64,000 nt of DNA from Amoeboaphelidium protococcarum X5 (lineage: Eukaryota; Fungi; Aphelidiomycota): positions 1,943,608 through 2,007,607 of the forward strand of contig JALDTO010000266.1 of NCBI GenBank assembly GCA_023515725.1, in the 5' to 3' direction. Shown here piece after piece: positions 53,621 through 64,000 of the stretch. Below the pieces are notes generated by a model, which was not told the origin of the DNA, did not search any database, and saw only the letters and a program-made list of their open reading frames with translations. The translations under genes and the position numbers were made by a program. Within the stretch, counting starts at the first letter, position 1. Each line of letters opens with the position of its first letter.

Positions 53621-56600
53621 ATGGCAAGTCTTGGTGAGAAGAGGTTGTAGCTGAGAGCTGTCAACATTAAGCGTGGTAATAATGAGGTGAAGCCTGCCAC
53701 TGGGCTGGATTCATCACTGAAGAAGAATACTGCCATGGTGACGAAGCTCAAGAGTGTGACTGCTGATAACGCGTGTAAACTATTGAAAGAGTTGTAGAAG
53801 CTCAAATATGATAAATATGTGCCAGAATTATAAAGTTCCATCACTGAATCTGCCTTGAAAGCTAAAACGAGTGCGGATGCTGTGGGTGTTATGGAATTGT
53901 TGACAGAGTTGTACCATCGCTCCTAGTAGGACTCGGAGCTATCTTTGAAAGGATAAGATGATGCTGTGCTGCAGATTGCGTCGGAGTTGGTTAAATAGTT
54001 CTTTACGTCCATAGATCTGCAAAAGACTTCTTAATCATAGGATGATGCTAAAGCTGACAGTGCACGGTAAAGTTCTGTAAGATCAAGTATCCGCTGTCTG
54101 TGTGAAATGATTTTGTGTGGATTGTTGAATGCGGAGATGCAAATGTCCTTGATAAAGACATTCAAGATTGTGAAAAAATAAGATGCCAAGTAGTCCGATG
54201 CTCTCAGTTCTTTATTTAATTAGAATGGTGTTCTATTGGCTTGCTTTTTGCACGATGTTCTCGCTATTAGAGATATATCTTCATTGCATTACGCTTACAT
54301 CGCCGTGTTTGTTGCCAAGTATTACTCGTCTGACTTTCTCGGTGTGAATGATAGTTCTAATAATAATGAATAGTTTATATCTGGTGAAGTTTAGAGTTAT
54401 TGCAAGTCTTTAACAATGTAGTATTATGATAGACTGTGCTTCAAGATCTAATCATTACATAGATAGCTGGCCAAGGTCAAGTAGGCTGCTCATAACAACA
54501 CTATACTGCGGGGAGACGCGTCATTATCATAGAAAGACAGATTAGAAGTGTTGTAGGCGGATTATGATAAACTTGTTGGTTTTGCGTAATGTTTAGCTAA
54601 TGCTTTAAGCTTGGAACTACCCTCGTTTGATGACACGATAGATGATTAGGTGGAAGATACAAAAATTACTATTGCTGCGGCTAGTGGGTCGTCAAAAGGT
54701 GATGAGTTTGATGTAACGAAGTCTCAGTGGTTGGATGAAGAGTAGAAAGAATTTTATACTGAATTGGCTCCCATGTCTAATCTATTACCTCCGTCATGTC
54801 TTCAAGTTGCTGAATTGGATTCCGCTGAAAGTAGTAAGAAGGACAAGCGCAGGCTTAAGCGTAAGTAAAAGGCTTAATAGCATTAGCAGAAGTAGACTTT
54901 AGGCGATCTGGATTATGACGCGTATGATGATGAGAATGGAGACTGGATGGACTAGGCTGATGAGGATGTTTTGGAGTATGTTGAGCAGATTATTTTCAAC
55001 GATAAAGAGAATGAGACGGAGAATAGTGTTCAGGCAGCTAGACTCTAGGCTATTGGTCAACGTTCTGCTGATCCCATAGATAATCTCATGTCGCAACTAC
55101 CTTTGCTAGTCAACAAAGGAGATGTAGATAATTTGGCGGTGGAGTTTTCTATTGCGCAGTAAAAGTGTCGTGGCGTGGCCAAAGAGAAGCTGATCAGTAA
55201 ATTGCTTGACGTTGCCAGATTTAGGCTGGACTCTTTGCCGTATTATGCTCGTTTAATTGCAACTCTTGATCCTTATGTCTAGTCTCTTGGTGCAACTGTC
55301 CTTGTAGCACTAATCTCCGAGTTTAAACGTAGATACAGAAAGTAGTATCCGGTGAACATGGAGCATAGGGTGAAGAATATCAGATTCATTGGGGAGTTGA
55401 TCAAATTCCGTGTCGCTCCTCCACATCTCTTCTTTTATTGTACACACAGGTTGGTAAAGCCTGAGAGTAGTGGTAGCGTGTTCCATGATCAGCATGTTGA
55501 AGTATTTTGTCATTTACTTGAATGCTGTGGCAGATTTGTGTATGTGGATCAAGAAATTGGGCCTCGATTCAAGCCGCTTCTTGATGTATTCGAGAAGAAG
55601 GTGAAGTAGACTGCTTTGGATCAGAGAGTTGTCTAGTTGGTACAGAGTGCACTGCTCACTGTCAATCCACCTGCGGTTACGGACGCTGAGATTTAGGAAC
55701 CACTAAAGACTCTGGTTGAATGGTATATCCTGCGCACATTGTGTGTCGATTTAAAGTCCAAGAAGGATGTTTAGTCTATCAGTGATCGTATCAATCAACT
55801 TCCATGGTGCACTGTAGAGTCTCCATTGTACAGCGCGTAGTGGTAAACTCTTTATAAGTCGTAGTCGCTAGAAGGTGAGAGCTAGTAAATTTACGGTGAT
55901 ATAGAACTGGTCAATGTCAATATTCCGCAAGTTGTATTGAGTATATTTTCTTAGCCCTGGTTACTGAAGAAGCACCAGTTGAGTCTATTTGCATAATTGT
56001 TATCGCACATAAAGAGTAATAATGGCAAGTAATAATTAATTATATAAGTTGTTGATAATGTGCTAGAGGAAATTCGTATTGGACTGGAAGATTTTAGCGA
56101 ATTTAGGTATAATTAGAGAAGACTGTCTACCATCAGTTACTTTGCCGAGTTGTTCATTTAGAAGCTAGTGTCTAAAATTGTTCTGTCAGATACTCTGGAT
56201 CTTCTTTTATAATATGGACACAAGTCGGCGGATTTGTCTCTTTATTATCAGTCAATTGAGCAAGATCAGGGAGAAAATGCTTTGATTGATGGACCTAAAT
56301 ATTATTTTAGAATTAGGATAATATGCGCGTTAATGTCTGCATCTGCTGCTATTCTTAGAACTAAGGCATTCTAATCGGCGATGAGTCGCTTCTTGGTCAA
56401 GTTTGACTATTACATCTGGTTGAAGGATTAGGAGACGTTCCCTCTAGAGTTGAAGTTTGCCGTGGAGGACTGTTTTGAGTAGATTAAACCTGGCTTCCAT
56501 CGCTCTTAGAGTGTAGAAGAGTCGATGCTTAAGTATTAAGAGATGATGATTAATTTGTCTTAACCTTCTTAGTCATAACAATCACCATCTGTTAAGGGAA

Positions 56601-57445
56601 AGTCAATTCAAGATTCCGAAACTGCAGATGTTAATAATGATGATGGCACGAACGCAGAAGACTCTTAAAATGCTCTTGTTGAATAGGATCAGTCTGAAGA
56701 TGATCATTTTGACAGCAATTAGGACGCCGATATTAAGTAGGATGATTAATCCATTCAAGAGTAATCGAGCGACGTTGATAGCGACGATGATCTAGATAAT
56801 GGAGAAGATGATGATGAGGAGGAGGAGTCACTGGTTAGTAAAATGATTAAGTCGCAATAATCATCTGTTGAAAGCAAAGAAGAATAAGAGTAGTTCTCTG
56901 CGGCATTCAATGATATTCTAGTGGAATCTATCCAGAGTAGAAAGAATGAACGCGTGATGTCTCAAGAGTTGTTAGTGCCTCTGATGACCTCAAGATCAAA
57001 TTCTTTGACTCAGCTTAATGCTGAAAATGCCCCTACCAAAGTTAAATTCACTTTGATGACCAAGAAATCTAATAAGCAAGTACTGAAGGCTCTCGAAATT
57101 CCTTCAGAGGCCAAGATTGTCCAGCAGACAAAGAATTAATAAGCTGCGGCCATGGAAGAGAAGAAGAAGTTGAAAGATTTGGTTCTAAGACAAGAGCAGC
57201 GTATGAACTAGTAGCAGTATCAATCCAGTTCGGCATATGGAAGTGGCGGGTCGTTGAGATCTCCCGGCTCTTATGAAGAATTAGACGGTTTGGAGACTTT
57301 ATCCATTGGTGGTAATAAATCATCATCTCATCAGCATAAAAGCAAGTAGAAGACGGCATAGAGAACATCTCCCCCTGTTGCAACTAGAGAAGGTGTTAGT
57401 AAAAGTATTGACAATCTTATTGGTTCGCTTAGTGCCAAGCGTTGA
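53621..57445 (+). CDS. UPF2: Nonsense-mediated decay factor Upf2, 1274 aa
   Basis: LDSSLKKNTA, LPYYARLIATL, KNIRFIGELIKF, LLECCGRF, YFRIRIIC, acidic tract, VKFTLMTKK.NKQ. Confidence 0.92.
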
Positions 57446-57761
57446 TTCATGTGAGTTGTCATGTGGTAGATCCTGATTTGGATTATGCAGGGAAATACCG
57501 CCAAGTCCAACATTGATCTGGTGATTACAATTAAATCTTGCGATATTAAGTCGCGTTGCGGTAGAGTCATCATTGAGTAAATGAATAAAGATACAATCGG
57601 AGTAGATAGAGTTTCTTGCTGCGGTCCGACCTGTCATACGTTTCTCTCTTCTCGTGAAAATTCTCTTTTCTCTTCTTGATTGATTTTTACAGTGCACCAG
57701 CAATAGCTTAGTACGTGGTAAATTATATTAAAACTATCTTGCTCTATAGAATTCAAATAAC

Positions 57762-60281
57762 ATGAATTATACATTTCAGATACAGAAAATATTCAAGGGG
57801 TCTCTATAGTGGAGTAGGGCTGTCTCCACAGGCGTAAATACTACTAGGAGTCGGTGACTATCTCGATAGAATCTACCTCAGAGTATCCACTTCTAGTAGT
57901 AGAAAAGATTTCTGGCTTATCGCTCCTAGTCCACATCTCCTGCCTAGTAATTATAATAAGCTAGAGGGTTCGGCAAATATTTCATAAGATATAACAGACG
58001 TGTGTCGTTTGATGATGTACTTGCTGTGCTGTCTTGGATTACTCTATCTGGTGGCGCGTTCTTTGTGTTCAAGACAACTACCGCAGTCTCTCTAATTTTA
58101 TAAGCCACAGAACTCACTGGAGCCAAGAGCTTGTTGATATCTGAATTGAACAAACAGCTGGATAATAGTAGAGTATAGGAGTAGTCTCTATTCAGTTTCT
58201 TGAAGAATAATAGCTCTATCAATGTTAACATTGGAGATATTACTACATCCATAACTACTACTGCTAGCGACGCTTCTTCTAATTCATAAGATAGTGAAGG
58301 TGAGAGGGTCTTGACGCTCCATAATGTGCATATCATACGCGATAAAAGCACCATTGAATAACACTCTTCTAATGAAGATAACAGTGATGCTTTGAATGTG
58401 GCCTATTACGACGTTACTATAGATCGTATAGATTTCTCTCTAGATTTTGTTAGATGGATTGATGGCAAGGGATTGATAAGGACTCTTGATGTAGACGGCG
58501 TTAATGGAACGGTTAATAAGAGACATGTTGTATATCCTCCACCTGATCCTTCGATAGCGGCTCTATCAGTTGAAGAAGATCTGATGCAAGATCTGGCTAC
58601 TAAAGGCTAGTAACTTATGGGGAGTCATAGCAAGACGTGTCTAGACTCGTTCAAGATGTCCAATCTTCATTTAGATATTCTGGATGTGCAAAACTTTCGA
58701 CCATATTCCATTCAATTAGATTACATTGACTGCTCAGAAGGTGGTCTTCGACTATAATGGTTTGTGCCCGATCTCATGTCTGCATCAGCATTAATGTGTA
58801 CCTATGATGGTGCTGCTATATCGCTTGATAGAATTCAGTATTAGAAGCAAGAGTAGAATCAGTAGATAGCAGATACTAGTGAATGGATATAACATCTTCG
58901 AGTCACTGGTCTTAATGTTGATATGGTTAATTGGAATAGTAAACCGCCGTTGAATTGGATCACTTAGGGATTCGTTGATTTTGACATTTATTGTCACATT
59001 CCGGATTATAATAGTCTTTCCACGGATGATATTGTCTAATCGCTATAGGATGAGTAACTTTAAGGTAGTGTTAACCAGGCTCCGGCTCCTATCGTGACTG
59101 ACCAGTTTAATATCAGTGTCATTACAATGACTCAGGATGTACCTCCATCTACTCAGGTGGATTAATAGCCTTAAGATGATGCTTCACTTCAAGATTAAGT
59201 TGATTAAATGACAAAGGATATAAGCGACAGAGTCAGTCAGACTTATCGATAGTATCTAATTGATTAGCTGTATTCGATGATAGTGAAGTAGGCGTAGATT
59301 ACATATGGTAAATAAGAAGTTGATGATACTGTGTCGGACTCTTCTGGTCCAAGGGATGAAGAAGACTTTACATCTTTTGGATCGGCGGTAGAGCTGATTG
59401 AGTTGAATGATATACCAGGTGATAGTTAACAGACTGCTGCTCCGAATGGCGCAGACTTAAATGGCGATTAAAGTGAGATTGGTGGTGATAAACTTTAACG
59501 GCTTTTACGTCCATCTTTGAATAGTAACTGCTCGTTCGTTGTAAGTGCTCATGTACGCGATCTTGAAGTCAGAGTATCTGAGGTGCTTTTGCTGAATGGT
59601 CGTAAGATTTCTCCTGCATGGACAAAGTCGATGATGAATTATGTAAATTCCTACTCTACTATCACAGAGTAAAATGCCACTAGTACTAACGGCGTTGATA
59701 ATGGTGGTGGGGATGATAGTAATGGATAAACGCCTAGGAGGAGATTACATGTTGAATTTGAACATCCATACTTGCATTTCTTCTCTGCGTGGAACATTTA
59801 TGACTCTAAACTGGCCACAATTTTGAACAAGAAATTTAGTGAAAGATTTGGTGAGATTGTATCCGAGTGGCTGTCTGAGCTCATTCGCAGACGAAGCGTT
59901 GATCGAGGCTTGACTAAAAGTATCAAAGGTGACCTGGGAAATGGTATCACTAATAATATTTCTGATGGTTCCAAGGACGCTCAATCTATTAATTTTTAGA
60001 CAAGAGCATGGTGGAATTGGGGGTGGTTCCAGTAGAAGCCGCAACTACAGTAGGGACAAGATTATTTGGCTTAAGGCAGTTCCTAGTAAGACGCGAATGA
60101 TACCAACATTCGTCGGCAGTTGGAGATGCAATCGAATGGAGAATTACTTCTGAACTTGATTAGACTGAGAGCACGGGCAATTGCACCTGCAGCACCGTAA
60201 ATGTTCACAAAGTCTTTTGATCATCACTATTCCATGTAGTTTGATTATCAGGCTGCAGATTGGTTCGATTTTTAAGAATGA
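57762..60281 (+). CDS. MDM31: Mitochondrial distribution and morphology protein Mdm31/32-like; in-frame TGA at 57855-57857 makes the 5' structure uncertain
   Basis: FDDVLAVLSW..KTTTAVSL, DVTIDRIDFSLDFVRWIDGKGLI..DGVNG.V, FRPYSI, LRLQWFVPDLMSA, LNWITQG.VD. Confidence 0.82.
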
Positions 60282-60422
60282 TGCTCACAGTTATAATACA
60301 ATTTAACAACAAGAAATTAAAGTATACACTTAAATCTTTATATATCATTATCATTTTCAGGCAAAGTCCTCAAACAGCAAGCAGTAAGTACAGGCATACC
60401 ATAAACATCTGGATGAAAACAC

Positions 60423-61601
60423 TCACAACTCCTGAATCTGCTTGATCAAGAAGGCCTTCTCATCGTTAAATTGTTCATCCTCCGTTCTATCAGTGCAAAA
60501 CTCGCTCAGAAACTTGACCAGCTTATCCTTATTCTTCACCAAGATATCCTTAACAGGCGCCGTCTTATTAGGATTTGCAGCAAACACCTTGAACACATGG
60601 AATGCCTCAAACTGGATATTCTTCGACCTGTCCCTCAGCAAGTTCATCATGAGCTTGAGATTATCCACGGAAGAGATGTAACGAGTCATCACATTGAAAT
60701 TGCTTCTGTCAAGCAATAGTTCACCCAGCAGCTTCAGACTCTATCTCTTGGTCACATAGTTATTGGAAGTGAGCAGTCCGAGGTACCTCTCAAAGAACTC
60801 GTCATAATTCTTGTCCAGAAACTCACTCACCACAGCCCGGTGACGCACTAGAAGCTCTTTGAAAGTGGCAAAAGCATCACTAGCCACATCAAAAGTGCCC
60901 AAGTCCACGTAGCCAAACATTCTCCAAAACAACAACGGTCTACCTCCACTACCACTCTATACCGGATCCTCTATACTGAATATTAACTTGCATAAAGCTT
61001 CGTACCGGATACAATCTCTGAGTATAAGGCCACACTGCAGAGCAATATCAGGCACTTCATAGGAACAGAATAGGGTAGTCAGTACATCACTCTTATTGCA
61101 TAGATACTCCACAGTGGGCGAGCGGGTACCAATTTATCTTCTCAGAAGATTTATAAAAATCTGTGCAACATCCTTCTTGGCCTCAAACTCGATTCTCTGC
61201 ATATGAAATATCATAAGTGAGAGCAGATCGCTATTGTAAATCTCAATTGATAATTGACTAATTTACTCCAAGTTTGCTTCATCGCTATCATTCCCACCGC
61301 CGCCACTGCTACTACCACCGCCTGCATTACTGCTACTTCCAGAACCGGAACCAGAGCCACCGGTGAGAATGTTCTTAATAAGCACCAGATTCTTTGACAA
61401 CTCTTCCTAAGTCTTTGCATCCACTGGCTCCAATGAAGCGTTGCCAGCAATATTAGTAGCTGAAGTTGTTGCAGCAGAAGGACCACCAACACCGCCCACC
61501 TAACCAACATTACTCACCGGCCCAAACTTTATAAACAAGTCCTTAGTATGCTTGACCAACTCTGCAGGTGACTTGGTCTTTGGCTTAAACAGAAATGACA
61601 T
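60423..61601 (-). CDS. HYM1: MO25/Hym1/CAB39 protein, 392 aa
   Basis: [32 protein letters not shown][TAG][26 protein letters not shown]. Confidence 0.95.
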
Positions 61602-62370
61602 TATTCCACAATCACTTTATATTACTCAGTTAATCCTGCTTTAAAGATAAGTTGAATTTAATAATAATGTTTTTACACAGACTCTAATTGAAATAAAAAT
61701 CACAAAGAGATGATCAAAGTGAGACGTTTTTTACCTGACTTTAGTCCAACTTGTATAATAAACAGAAGGAATTATCCCTTAAAATTTATATTTTATACTA
61801 TTAGAGCTTTTAGTATTTAAAACTAAATGTCTAATACAATATTCGGGAATTGAAGCAGTAGATAAATCAAGACGACTTACTCCCCTCTCAATTCACTTCT
61901 CACTAATATCTATCTATCGAACGAATGCCTTGAAGACGAACGAAATCAGAAAACTTTGGCGAAACAAATCACCAAAGACTGACTGACTGAGTGTTCATTC
62001 ATCATCACACTGAACTTTAGCAGGGGAGAAACATTACTGAATTTGAGAAAGAACCGCGTCGAGTCTGTGCGTGAATGAATGACTGATCTTAGCGTGCTAC
62101 TGGAGAAAATGTATACCACCTGTTTCTGTCATAGAGAGATGACGCCTAGCAAGTACGAGAGGTGAACGATAGTTTTAACAGTACAAAAGCCCCATGTTGA
62201 CAGGACTTATGATAATTTTACCATATCTGAAACAAGATCACGCGCGTTCCCTCGTCAACACAGTTAATTGTATGCTCATGACTCACATATAGTACATTAA
62301 TCAAGTGTAAAGAAAAATAAGAACAGTTACAAACTAATATAAAAATGATTCTTAATTAATCGTACCGTAA

Positions 62371-63037
<667 letters not shown>

Positions 63038-63256
63038 TTAGTGTAATACAATTAGACTTTAAATTGGGTCAACAAAACGATTAAAGAAATTTCTATAGAG
63101 AAGATAACAAGCTTTTAACGTTGCGCGTTTACAACAAAGTATGTACACTACACTAGACAAAGGAGAATTTTCGAATGAATATGAATATAACGCTTTTCAA
63201 GACAGTAGTAAAGTAACAACAAAAAGACGATATTATAAATCATACAAATTTCAAGA

Positions 63257-64000
63257 TCAAATCTTCTTAAGACGCGAGTTCTAGACTCCAATGCGAACAT
63301 TCAGGTCATCAGCGCGCTGGCCAATGGTCTCAATCACCTCATTCTGGGACTAAGTCTCCTGGCCCATAGCCATGCCCATTCCCTTGAGTCGACCGAGAAC
63401 ATCCATCATCTTGTCCACATTCTCTTCAATCTCCTTCTCTTGAGCCACGTCTTCATCATCGAGGAGGGCAGAGTACTGCTTGGCATCGCGCTGAGACTTG
63501 TACTTGTCAGACACTTTCTGAGGAGATCCTGAAGATTAGGACTATTATTATTGCTACTTCAAACCTTTGTGCATGCGCATATCGGTAGCTCGCTCCATCT
63601 TGCGAGTCTCAATTTCATCACCAACTTTAGCCTTATACTCTCTCTTAACTTTATCCTCGCGCACCTTCTTCTACTTGCTCTTACTAGCAAAGGGATTCTT
63701 CAGAGATGGGAGGAATCTGTTCAGACGCTTCAATTCACTCACCTGCTCTTCAGCCACGTCCTAATTAATCTTGGCCAGATCCAGGTCGCGTTTACTCTTG
63801 TGCAGTAGCTGCGATTGAGTATTCAGCGTCTGCATTGTATTACTTGCAACATCTTGAGTCTCATATAGACGATTCAGGGCGTCGCGGGTAGTCTGTACAG
63901 ATTCCTGCCTGATTGATTTACCTTCATCAAGAATCTGCCTGGTTGCGTACTCTTCCTCATCATCATCCAACCGCATTCTACCGCGAGAGCTATCGTACTG
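63257..64000 (-). CDS. SEC9: Sec9/SNAP-25 family Qbc-SNARE (5' end outside window)
   Basis: Two SNARE motifs (IRQESVQTTRDAL..LNTQSQLL; EIEENVD..LKGMGMAMGQETQSQN). TGA at 63257-63259. Confidence 0.88.

Noticed and set aside
61945-62010. Minus-strand GTGATGA...CTGA resembling a C/D snoRNA, with an internal hairpin
   Set aside because: No terminal stem and no recognisable rRNA-complementary guide. It lies in repeat-rich sequence upstream of MO25.

Overview
This is eukaryotic, fungus-like (opisthokont) nuclear DNA, compact and gene-dense. It uses a non-standard genetic code: TAA and TAG encode Gln and only TGA is a stop (NCBI table 6). The supplied ORF track therefore breaks every gene into fragments. 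The code plus the gene content fit the aphelid Amoeboaphelidium protococcarum or a relative (inference). Re-read in table 6, the window holds about 27 protein-coding genes: KMO, COX9, an RRM protein, a 7TM protein, mitochondrial GluRS, EBP2, PMI, a signal-anchored orphan, a GDP-mannose transporter, FPGS, IDI1, CCS1, a subtilisin, MLH1, VPS33, GDB1, an F-box/LRR protein, a TLC protein, profilin, ALAS, OPA3, a cyclin Y-like protein, asparagine synthetase, UPF2, MDM31, MO25, UBC13 and SEC9. There is also a tRNA-Ser(AGA) and three accessory islands (about 2.7-8.5, 11.2-14.5 and 30.4-32.9 kb). Best finding: a Fanzor (eukaryotic TnpB-family RNA-guided nuclease) gene on the minus strand at 4304-6380. 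It is largely hidden in the standard-code track because about 20 Gln codons are TAA/TAG. It keeps a D-E-D RuvC triad and a zinc ribbon, has two frameshifts, and is followed about 45 nt downstream by a strand-specific hairpin/pseudoknot that is a candidate omegaRNA. Other oddities are an extended (G)TGTAG 3' splice consensus, no introns of length 3n, a possible antisense CDS overlap or context-dependent TAA stop, and an in-frame TGA in the MDM31 leader. All calls come from manual translation and motif recognition; no searches were run.
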